Translations under genes and position numbers: made by a program
Notes under the pieces: model-generated
Databases searched by the model: none
What the model was told of the DNA's origin: nothing
The model's input: the letters and a program-made list of their open reading frames with translations, nothing else
Shown here: positions 1-10,545 of the stretch, in pieces
Layout: the number at the start of each line of letters is the position of its first letter
Position numbering within the stretch: position 1 is the stretch's first letter
Assembly (NCBI RefSeq): GCF_008831285.2
Contig: NC_045138.2
Coordinates: 28,768,001-28,832,000 of the forward strand
Length of the DNA: 64,000 bases
Direction of reading: 5' to 3'
DNA from: Nymphaea colorata
Taxonomy: Eukaryota

Positions 1-1
1 T

Positions 2-1422
2 GTGAATTTGTTGTCTGTCAGTAGTATCACCAAAGAGCTCAATTGTAATCTAATTTTCTCTGCTGATCATTGTACCCTGCAGGACTTGGTGACGGGAAAG
101 AAGATTGAGATTTGTTCGGTTATTGATGGCCTCTGCAGACTGCCCGTACAGGTTGCCTCTGCTCTCATTTCAGCCACTAGCAGACAGTTGACGGGCGTGG
201 AGGACAGGTCTAGCATTATGAGATGGCACGAGCGCCTTGGACATCTCCCATCCAGTTGATTAAGAAGTTGTTTCCTAGGTTTTTTACTTCTGTTTCCATG
301 GACTCCTTCACATGTGAAGTGTGTCAGCTTGCTAAGCATGTTAGGGCTTCGTACCCTATTTCTATCAATAAAACCACTCGTCATTTTGCCTTGGTTCACT
401 CTAATGTTTGGGGTCCTTCGGGAGTACCCACTTGTCGTGGTTTCCATTACTTTATGACTCTGATTGATGACTACTCCCGTTGTACGTTTGTGTACTTGTT
501 GAAAGAACGCAGTGAGGTTCCTGTCGTTGTCAAAAATTTTGTTGCCTTTGTCGAGAATCAATTTCAGACCTCTGTTCAGACTTTCCGTACTGATAATGCC
601 ATGGAGTATGTCTCCCAATCCCTGGATGACTTCCTGCGGGGCAAGGGTATTGTTCATGAGACGTCCTGTAGTTATATTCCTCCTCAAAATGGCGTGGCCG
701 AACGTAAAAATCGCCATTTATTAGATGTCACTCGAGCTATTATGTTCCACAGGCACGTTCCTAAGCGCTACTGAGGCGATGCTCTCCTCACTAGTGCCCA
801 CCTCATCAACCGTATGCTCACTCGTGTGTTGAATGGCCGTACTCCTTACTCTGTGCTCAGTCCCACTCATAACCCCTGGCCTCTTACTCCTCGGGTGTTC
901 GGGTGTGTTTGCTTTGTTCATAATCATAATCCCACCATCAAGAAACTTGACTCTCGGTCTATCAAAGCTGTCTTCTTGGGGTATTCCTCCACTCAGAAGG
1001 GATATAAATGTATTGACCCTACTACCTCCAAAATCTATGTCTCTCGGGATGTTACCTTTCATGAACATGAGGCGTATTTTCCTGTGAATCCTCTTCAAGG
1101 GGAGTGTATAGTGGACAATGTGGAAGAGTATTCTCCATATCAACTTATTCAGTTTACGGACTTCTTGGACTACGAACTTAGTCACAGTGTAGAAGATACA
1201 GTCAGAGATGATAAAGACAGTCATGTGGAAGGAAGCCCTGTGGTTGATCAGCCCACATCCCGTGATCATTTGTTTGAGCAGGTTTACACTAGAAAGGAGA
1301 AAGATGTGGTTGAGACTGTTGATGTAACCAATCCCAATCCTGTGAGTTTCCCGAATGAACCAAGTCCAATGAATGAAGAGCTTTCCATAGCCCTACGCAA
1401 GGGGACCAGGTCATGTACTTCT
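2..1422 (+). pseudogene. Element A pol, 5' part (protease end, GAG-pre-integrase, integrase), disrupted
   Basis: ORFs 2..259, 223..774 and 814..1449; frameshift near 250 and a premature TGA at 772-774 where Trp is expected (KRY*GDA). Confidence 0.9.
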
Positions 1423-1872
1423 TATAAATGTGACTATAATAGTCACTAAAGAAGAATATGATAGAAAAAAGCACTAAGGCCACTTGAAATATATCAATCT
1501 TATTGAATGAATGTCAAATGGCTGTGTAAAACAGCATACATTGTACAAGAGGCAGCCCAAGAATATATATAACCAATTAGAGTGAAGGAGAGAAGGAAGA
1601 GAGGGCTGTTCTAGCCGTTGGAGGTTCCAACGGCTCATAAAGGAGCCGTTGGAACTCCCAACGGCTAGAACAAAGGGGAAACAAAAAGAAAAAGAAAAGG
1701 AAAAATAAAAGAAAAGAAAAAGAAAAGAAAAGAAAAGAAAAAGAAAGGAAAATAAAAGAAAAGAAAAAGAAAAATAAAAGAAATAATAAAATACATAAAA
1801 ATGAAAATAAAATGTAAAAAATGTAAAACCTAATCTAGCTATGATATCAACAAGATATCTTATTTCCTAACA
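1423..1872 (-). repeat. 3' LTR of element B (450 bp)
   Basis: Matches 6397-6816 except one substitution, one 1-nt indel and a 31-bp indel; next to the PPT. Confidence 0.95.
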
Positions 1873-1885
1873 CCCCCCCTTAAAC

Positions 1886-4800
1886 TTACGGTGCTAACAC
1901 CGAAAGTTTATCTAAAAGAAAGTTGAATCTGGGAGAACATAGAGGCTTCGTGAAGAAATCAGCCAGCTGGAACTCGGAGGAGACATATGGAAGTTTGATT
2001 GTCTTGTTCAAAAATTCTTCACGAACATAGTGACAATCCATCTCTATATGCTTTGTTCGTTCATGAAATGTTTGATTCTTGGCAATGTAGATAGAACTCT
2101 TGTTATCGCAGCACAAATCAGTAGGTTCTTCTATTCTTGTTCCCATATCAAGAAGCATTTGACGAAGCCACACAATTTCCATAGTTGTAGAAGCCATGGC
2201 TCGATATTCAGCTTCAGTAGAGGATAGAGAGACTTTCTGTTGTTTCTTGCACTTCCATGAGATGAGTGATTCTCCTAAAAAAACACAAAAACCAGTAGTT
2301 GAGTGTCTATCATTTGGATCTCCTCCCCAATCAGCATCAGTATAAGCAATCAAGTTTAAAGGGGAAGAGGAAGACATAAATACTCCCTTATTTATTGTTC
2401 CCTTGATATATCTAATGATACGAAGAACAGCTCCCATATGAACGGTTGATGGAGCATGTTGGAATTGACTCACAGTATGAATTGCATGAGCAATGTCAGG
2501 CCGAGTGATGCTAAGATACATTAAGGAACCCACAAGTTGTCGGTAAGGAGTGGGATTTGTAAGTGGAACTCCATCATCAATCTTCATTTTGTTTCCTACT
2601 GCTTCAGGAGTTTCTATGACTTTATCATCTGTTATGCCTGATTTAGCAATGATCTCTGCAGCAAACTTAGTTTGTGATAAAAAATATCCTCTAGTAGAAT
2701 ATGCAACCTCAATACCCAAGAAATACGTTAGAAAACCTAAATCTTTCATTTCAAAAGTTCTTTGTAACAATTTTTTACATTCTCTAATACCTTCCTTATC
2801 ACTACCTGTAATGATCATGTCATCAACATACAGTAGGAGGATTATGATACCTGCATTAGTATTCTTAACAAACAAGGCAGTGTCAGTTAAACATGAATGA
2901 AATCCATAATCAGAAATAACAGAGTAGAAACGGTCAAACCAAGCTTTAGGAGCTTGTTTGAGGCCATAAAGAGCCTTATTAAGTCTAAGAACTTTTCCTT
3001 GAGGAACTGACAACCCTGGTGGTACTTCCATGTAAACTTCTTCCATAAGATCTCCATTTAAAAATGCATTTTTAACGTCCATTTGGTAGATATTCCAGTT
3101 TTTAATAGATGCTAAAGCAATAAGGGTCCTAACAGTAGTCATTCTAGCTACAGGAGCAAAGGTTTCCTCATAGTCAATACCATATTCTTGAGCGTAACCT
3201 TTGGCAACAAGTCTGGCTTTATATCTTTCTAAAGATCCGTCACTTCTAGTCTTCACCTTGTAAACCCACTTGCATCCAATAGTCTTTTTTCCTATAGGTA
3301 GGTCTTGTATTTCCCAAGTTTGGGCTTTTCTCAAGGCATCTAATTCTTCTATCATGGCATTCTTCCATTCAATATATTTAGAGGCTTCATTAAAAGTAGA
3401 AGGTTCAAAGTGAGAGTGAATGGCATTAATTCTAGCTCTATGAGTTGGGGTGAAAGTTTCATATGACACAAACCTATTGGGTTGTCTTACATTTCTAATA
3501 GATCTTCTAAGGTTTTCTTCACTTTGTGGAGTTGGTTGGAGATCAATAGTCTCATGATGTTCTCCTTCATCAACATCTTGTTGCCGGTTTCTTCTATGAT
3601 ATGTGATTATATCATTGGCTACTCCGTTATCGTTATCATCAGTGTTACTATCATCAACATCATGCATTTCATCATCACATTGAGAGAGATACTTAAATAA
3701 AAAGGAATAATCATTGTTGTGTTGTGATTTTTCACAAATTTTGAATCCATTTTCGTCTTCACAAAACTTTACATTTCTTGAAACTATGATCTTGTCTTTG
3801 ACTGGATCATAACATTTGTAGCCTTTTTGTGTTTCAGAATAACCAATAAAAACACACTCAATAACCTTTGAACTTAGTTTATCAGCCTTGTCATTAAGAA
3901 CAAAACATTTGCAACCAAAAACACGAAGCCTTTTCAAATCAGGTTCATATTTGAATAATTTTTCAAAAGGGGTTGTATTATTTAAAGCTTTTGAAGGCAT
4001 TCTATTGATGAGATATACAGATGCTAGGGCTGTTTCGGCCCAAAAGTTTTTAGGCACATTTTTGGCAATAAGAAGAGTTCTAGTTGTTTCAATTATGTGT
4101 CTATGTTTTCTTTCAGAAAGTCCATTTTGTTGAGGTGTTCTTGGACAAGATTTTTGATGGACTATTCCATAGTTTTCTAAATATCTTTTGAACTCATTTG
4201 AAATGTATTCGCCTCCAGAATCAGTCCTTAGGATTTTTAATTTAGCATTAAACTGTGTTTGTACTAAGTTGTGAAAATTTTTGAACATCTCAAAAACCTC
4301 AGATTTGTATCTTAAGAAATATATCCAACAATATCTAGTGAAATCATCAACAAATATCACATAATATGATAGCCCTCCTTTTGACATGATAGGAGAGGGC
4401 CCCCACACATCGGAATGAACAAGTTCAAAGGGAAAAGAGGAAAAGAAGCTTCTTTGTCCAAAAGATAAGGATTTCATTTTTCCATGTATACAATCATTAC
4501 ATTTGAAATTCTCAATACAAACGTCCTTGGTAGGACTCATCATAGACAATTTTCTAATGTTTGGATGACCTAATCTTTGATGCCAAACATTAATGTCCAC
4601 ATTTTTCACATAGTGACAAAACTTTTCCTTGGGGATGCATAAATTGTCCATGTAGTAAAGGTCCCCTTTTCTAAAACCTTCCCCAATCAATCTCCCGGTT
4701 TGGTGATCCTGCACCAAACATTTATTTGATGAGAAAACGATGTCAAAACCAAGATCTGAAATTTGAGATACAGAAAGTAAGTTAAGATTAAGTCTAGGGA

Positions 4801-6175
4801 CATAACTAACTTTTGGAACAAAGAACTTTTGTTTTCCAAATTCTTTTTCAAAATCCCCGATCCCTTTAACATTCAAAGATGTTCCATCGGCAGTAACTAC
4901 ATTAGATTCTTTTCTTGCTTGTTCAAAATTGGTCAAAGATGATATATTTGGTGTCATATGAAAAGATGCACCGGAATCTAAAAGCCAAGAAAACATACCG
5001 GGAGTGTTGGAGGTAGATGCCGTTGTTGCTAGTGCTCCGGGATTCGACTCTTTGATCATAGGTTGAAGCACCGACATGATTTGATTCAACGTTGTGGAGA
5101 TTGAAGAGAGATCACATCCTTCATTTGCAACATTTGCAACCCTCCTTTGGTCAAATTGTCTATTATTGTATTGCCCACCTTGTGAATATGAAGTTCCACT
5201 TCCACGGTTGTGTTGCCCTCCTTGAGGATATGAAGCTCCTCCTTTGAAAAGATTTCCTCCATAGTTTCGTGGTTGTCCTTCATTGTTATTCAACTTTGGA
5301 CAACTAGGTCTAATGTGACCCGGTTCATGACAAAAGTGGCAAACAACCTTAAATTCCCCTCTATTTTGATTTTTAAAGTGAGGAGGTCTAAAAGATTTGA
5401 TGTTGTTCCCGGGTCTAGAGGCGGCTAAAACTTTTTCTTCTTGTTTGGAAATAAGAACACTATCTAATTCTTTGGATAATTTCATTCTAGTTTCTTCACC
5501 GCTTAACTTCGTAAGAAGTTCATGAATGGGTGGAGGAGAGGCTAAAGAAAGTAGGGCTGACCTAATTTGTTCAAATTCGGGTCGTAGACCTTAAAAAAAT
5601 TGAAAAAACCTAAATTCATCGATTTCTTCTCTTCTAATCTCATGACATTTACAATCCAATCCTAGTTTGGGAGTAAGTTGATCTAACTCATTCCATACAC
5701 TAGAGATTTCCATAAAATAATCTCTAACATTATTCTCACCTTGCTTGATACTTTGGGCTTTTTGAATCAAGAGATATTTACGGGCCATATCTTTTTGGGT
5801 AAACATTCCCTTGAGATATTCCCAAACTTCACTTGCTCTTTCATAATACATGAGATTTTGGGCAATTCTAGGTTCTATACTTCCATAAATCCATTCTTTA
5901 ATTCTAGAGTTTTTGGCCTCCCAATCATCTAATTTTTTATAGTATTCATCCATGGCATTTTTTCTCTCTTCTACATTCAAGTCTTTCTCAACTCCATTTT
6001 CAATTTTGGTCAACTTGAGAGAAGGAGGGGTAGACGTACCTCTTATGAAACCCCATAAATATTTCCCTTTGATATGCATCTCCAAGCATTTTGCCCATAG
6101 AGTGTAGTTGGTTCCATCAAGCTTGTACGGAGCATGATAACTTCCTCCTTCGATCAAGACTTTGGAGTCCTCCAT
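1886..6175 (-). CDS. Element B Gag-Pol polyprotein, continuous frame with one in-frame TAA at 5591-5593
   Basis: ORFs 5591..6175 (KLDGTNY) and 1886..5485 are in the same frame. Motifs: zinc knuckle CHFCHEPGHIRPSC, protease WLLDSGAS, integrase RTDSGGEY, RT YVDD, RNase H TKHIEMDCHY. Confidence 0.93.
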
Positions 6176-6384
6176 AAGAGCAAGATTTTAAGTAACAATC
6201 TCCAAGAGAAACAAAGAGGAAGTCCTCCTAGAAATTTCACCAAACAGTTGGTGAGCAGCAATAATAAGGTCTTCAAGAAATGTTGATCAGCAACAATGGC
6301 CTCGTCTGAAAATTTTCTTCAACAGTCCAGTAGCATAAACAGCAAAAAACAGCTTATAAAAGCTTTCCAACATGCAGCCCAATG

Positions 6385-6396
6385 GCTCTAATACCA
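6385..6396 (-). other. Primer binding site of element B (initiator tRNA-Met type)
   Basis: Minus strand TGGTATTAGAGC, one mismatch to canonical TGGTATCAGAGC, directly against the LTR. Confidence 0.9.
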
Positions 6397-6816
6397 TATA
6401 AATGTGACTATAATAGTCACTAAAGAAGAATATGATAGAAAAAGGCACTAAGGCCACTTGAAATATATCAATCTTATTGAATGAATGTCAAATGGCTGTG
6501 TAAAACAGCATACATTGTACAAGAGGCAGCCCAAGAATATATATAACCAATTAGAGTGAAGGAGAGAAGGAAGAGAGGGCTGTTCTAGCCGTTGGAACTC
6601 CCAACGGCTAGAACAAAGGGGAAACAAAAAGAAAAAGAAAAGGAAAAATAAAAGAAAAGAAAAAGAAAAGAAAAGAAAAGAAAAAGAAAAGGAAAATAAA
6701 AGAAAAGAAAAAGAAAAATAAAAGAAATAATAAAATACATAAAAATGAAAATAAAATGTAAAAAATGTAAAACCTAATCTAGCTATGATATCAACAAGAT
6801 ATCTTATTTCCTAACA
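6397..6816 (-). repeat. 5' LTR of element B (420 bp)
   Basis: Direct repeat of 1423-1872; abuts the PBS. Confidence 0.95.
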
Positions 6817-8438
6817 CTTCTCACCCTATTCAGAGATTTGTCTCATATTCAAAGCCTAGTAAAGAATACAAATGCTTTATTACCACTCTGTCTGTGTCTG
6901 TGATTCCCAGGTGTGTGGAAGGTGCTAGAGAGGATCTTAAATGGCTACAGGCTATGACAGAGTAGATGGATGCCTTGACAAAGAACAACACGTGGGAAGT
7001 GGTCGATATTCCCAAGGGGACTCACTTAGTTGGTTCCAAGTGAGTGTTTAGTGTGAAGTATATGGCACTGTGGAACGATATAAAACTCGCCTAGTTGCAA
7101 AGGGGTTCAGCCAAAAATACGGAATTGACTATCTTGAAACCTTTGCTCCTGTTGCAAAACTGAAGACTGTGAGGGTCATTTTGGCACTTGCAGTGCAAAA
7201 GAAGTGGGGCATGGACCAGCTTGATGTCAAGAATGCCTTCTTGAACGGCCATCTAGAGGAGGAGGTCTATATGAGCATGCCTCCTGGATATGCTCAAAGT
7301 GGAAAATGCTGTCATCTCAAGAAGGCCCTGTACGGCCTGAAGCAGTACCCCAGAGCATGGTTTGAGAGATTGAGGGTGGTAATGAAGACAAATGGGTACA
7401 AACAAGGAAATGGTGATCATACCCTGTTCATTAAGCAGAGAAGTGGCCTACTGAGCATTCTTCTTGTGTATGTTGATGATATGATTGTCACAGGTGATGA
7501 TGAAGAAGAGAAAAGGAAGATGAAGGAGAGGTTAGCAGCTAAATTTGACCTTAAAGATCTGGAAAAATTAAGGTACTTTCTGGGAATAGAGATTGCACGA
7601 TACAGGGCTTGTTATGAGCCAAAGGAAGTACACTCTGGACCTCCTGAAAGAGACAGGTAAACTGGGATGCAGGCCCTTTCTAACTCTAATGGAGTCAAGT
7701 ACAAAGATAAGTATCAAAACTGGTAACATCCTGGATAAGGAAGGAAAAGGACGGTATCAAAGGCTTGTTGGTAAGCTTATTTATCTGACTCTTACTCGCC
7801 CTGATATTACTTATGTTGTAAATGTGTTGAGTCAGTTTATGCATGCTCCTACTGATTGCCACTGGAAGAGTGCAGAAAGAGTGTTGGGGTACCTGAAGAA
7901 TAACCCAGGTAAAGGGTTACTGTATACACGGCAGGACAAACTTGATATTGAAGGATACTCTGATGTCGATTGGGCTGGTTGCACGGATACCAGAAGGTCT
8001 ACCACAGGGTACTGCATCTTTCTAGGGGGAAACCTAGTGGTATGGAGGAGTAAAAGGCAGGAGGTCTGTTCTAGATCCAGTGCTGAGGCTGAATACAGGG
8101 TTGTTGCTATGAGGGTTACAGAGATGTTATGGCTAAAGATTCTTCTAGCAGATATTGGAATTGAAATTGAAGAGAAGATGAAAATGTATTGTGACAATAA
8201 GTCTGCTATTAACCTGGCAAATAATCTCGTCCTGCATGACAGAACCAAACATGTTGAGATAGATCGCCACTTCATACGGGAGCGCATAGATTCAAAGGAG
8301 TTGATCCTTCCTTATATGAAGTCTGAAGATCAAATTGCAGGTGTTCTAACTAAGGCCTTATGTACATCTCAATTTGAAAAGAATGTTAGCAAGCTTGGCA
8401 TGTTTGACATGTATGCCAAGCTTGAGGGGGAGTGTTAG
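6817..8438 (+). pseudogene. Element A pol, 3' part (reverse transcriptase and RNase H), disrupted
   Basis: ORFs 7070..7660 ([20 protein letters not shown]) and 7593..8438 (RNase H, ending KLEGEC* inside the LTR); stop near 7020 and frameshift near 7595. Confidence 0.9.
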
Positions 8439-8678
8439 AATACAGGGCACGGGAACCGAGGGTGGGCTCGGTTCCCTAGGCGGGCCTCTCTTCCTCCCTC
8501 TTTTAATTCTTATCACTTATTGTAATTGTTGATTAAGTGAATGAAGTTTTCTCTCTCCTAGGGTTGCGGTTTTGCCCCTAGGTTAGAGCTTCCTCGTGGT
8601 TTTTCACCTCTTTCTGAGGTTTTCCACGTAAATCCTGTGTTGGCTTTTCTTTCTCTTCTTTCGTTGCGTGTTTCTACA
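8433..8678 (+). repeat. 3' LTR of element A (246 bp)
   Basis: Starts TGTTAGAA directly after the PPT and ends TTTCTACA; clearly homologous to the solo LTR at 23688-23975. Confidence 0.9.
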
Positions 8679-10305
8679 AACCTGATTATAAAAGATCGAG
8701 AGTTTTTTGGCGCAAATGTTTTGTGCCTAGGATAAGCCAAAAAATCAACAAGGATTTATACGCTATGATATCAAAAATGATAAACTCCTCGTTTAAAGAA
8801 TGTAAACCTTTCAAAATTAGAAAAAGAATCAATGGTTTACCTCAAATAAAGAAGTTGACTTTTCCTCTCTATTAGAATTACTAAATGATAGTGGTGATAA
8901 AATATTTTATGATGAAATTAACAATGACTATAATTTCAATAACAAGTAAAAAAATTATGAAAATAATGAAGCTAATGATAGTAGCAAAGTGGGGGAATTT
9001 AGAACATATTGTTATAGAGAAAATAATGACAATTGAAGCTTCTGTGATAGAATAAATTCAGATTTAGAAGGATCAAGTCTTAGAAGATCACAAAGATTCT
9101 CAAAAGATCTTAGTAGGCTTGTTTTTTATGAATATTTTCACCTAGATATAGATTATATCATTGATTATTCATACAGCAAAAGAATAATTTACCTATAATG
9201 AGGCAAAAGGTAAATCTTATTGAGAAGAAGATATGAAAATTGAATTAGAGGATTTATGAACAAAGCTAAAACTTGAGAAAATTTAAGATCTTCCCAGATT
9301 GATGGGTATACAATATTATAACTAAACCAGATGTAATATAAGAAAGATATAAAGCTAAACTTGTTGTTAAGGAATATTCTCAAGAATATAGAATAGATTG
9401 TAAAGCAACATTTGCATTAGTTGCTAAAACTACAACAGTTAGAACCCACGTTGCTATAATTGCTCAAAAAATGGAAACTTTATTGAATGAATGTTAAAAA
9501 CGTCTTTTTAAATGGCAAATTAAATGAAGTAGTTTATGTTGGTAAAAGAGAATTAATTACAATGATGAATTGTGGCTTCCATTCTTGATATGCTGGCAAC
9601 GCTCTTTTGCAAAGAATCCTAATGCTGGAAATGTAATTCTTCTATTACATGTTGACATGATTACTATTAGGAGTGATAAAAGAAGAATTGAAGAAAACCA
9701 GAATTTCTTAAAAACTGAATTTGAAATGATACGTTTGGCATATCTATCTTATTTCTGGGGATATAAATAGCCAACTCTGATAAAACATATTTTTATCACA
9801 AACAAAATTTGCTTCAGATATTGTTGCTAACTTGCTATATCTTATTTAACAACTGACAGGGAAGCTGAAACTTTTGAAGCTTTTGGTTCAAAAATGAAGA
9901 TTGATGATGGTGTCTTAATGAATTTACTCCCTATAGATGGTTGGGCCGTTGGGGCACTCATGTAGTTGAGTATCACACAACCAAATATTACTCATGTTGT
10001 ATATGTAGACGGTTAGTTTCAAAATAATCTCACATCAATGCACATAAGTGTTGTAATGTGAACAGTAAGATATGTTAAAAGGAACATTATCAAGAGGTTT
10101 ATACTTAACACCATTTTTTCTCTTGAACTTAACAGTATCTACTGATTCTGATTATGGAGGTTACACAAGTAATGATAACTTCACCACTAGTTTTGGTACC
10201 TGTCGATGTGATGTGTAACATGTGTTCATATCATGAAGGTGCAAGAAACAGCAAAAAGTCTCTTTAGCCTTGATTAAAGCATAGCCACAAATATCATTTT
10301 CGGGT

Positions 10306-10545
10306 TGTAGAAATAAAATGTACACGAGAGTAGAAGAAAGCACACAGATGTAACGTGGAAAACCCTCAACGCGAGGGAAGAAAAACCACGGGTGAGGAGG
10401 TCTGGTGCCCACTAGCCTCCAGACACTCTCTCTCTTCAAAACTTCATTAACTCAAAGATTAGGGTTTACAGAGATATAAGTAGTCCTAATTAGGACAAAC
10501 TGGATCGGGTACGGATCCGGACCCGAACAACAAAACCCGTCAACA
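10306..10545 (-). repeat. 3' LTR of element D (240 bp)
   Basis: Direct repeat of 15293-15533; next to the PPT. Confidence 0.95.

Larger units (their letters stand above)
1423..6816 (-). mobile_element. Full-length young Ty1/copia element 'B' (5394 bp) nested in A
   Basis: LTRs at 1423-1872 and 6397-6816; 5-bp TSD CTTCT at 1418-1422 and 6817-6821; PBS at 6385-6396; poly-G PPT at 1873-1880; gag-pol ORFs between. Confidence 0.97.
1..8678 (+). mobile_element. Ty1/copia LTR retrotransposon 'A' (Ale/Retrofit-like), 5' part outside window, interrupted by element B
   Basis: Domain order is GAG-pre-integrase (WHERLGH), integrase ([19 protein letters not shown]), RT (YVDD) and RNase H (TKHVEIDRHF). 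PPT GAGGGGGAG at 8424-8432 is followed by a TG..CA LTR at 8433-8678. The reading frame ...RSCTS|HPIQRF... rejoins across the B insertion. Confidence 0.95.

Noticed and set aside
67..1269. Long antisense ORFs over copia integrase (67..717, 721..1269) and similar ones at 7832..8287 and 2550..2900
   Set aside because: They are shadow frames of pol coding sequence with no recognisable motifs.
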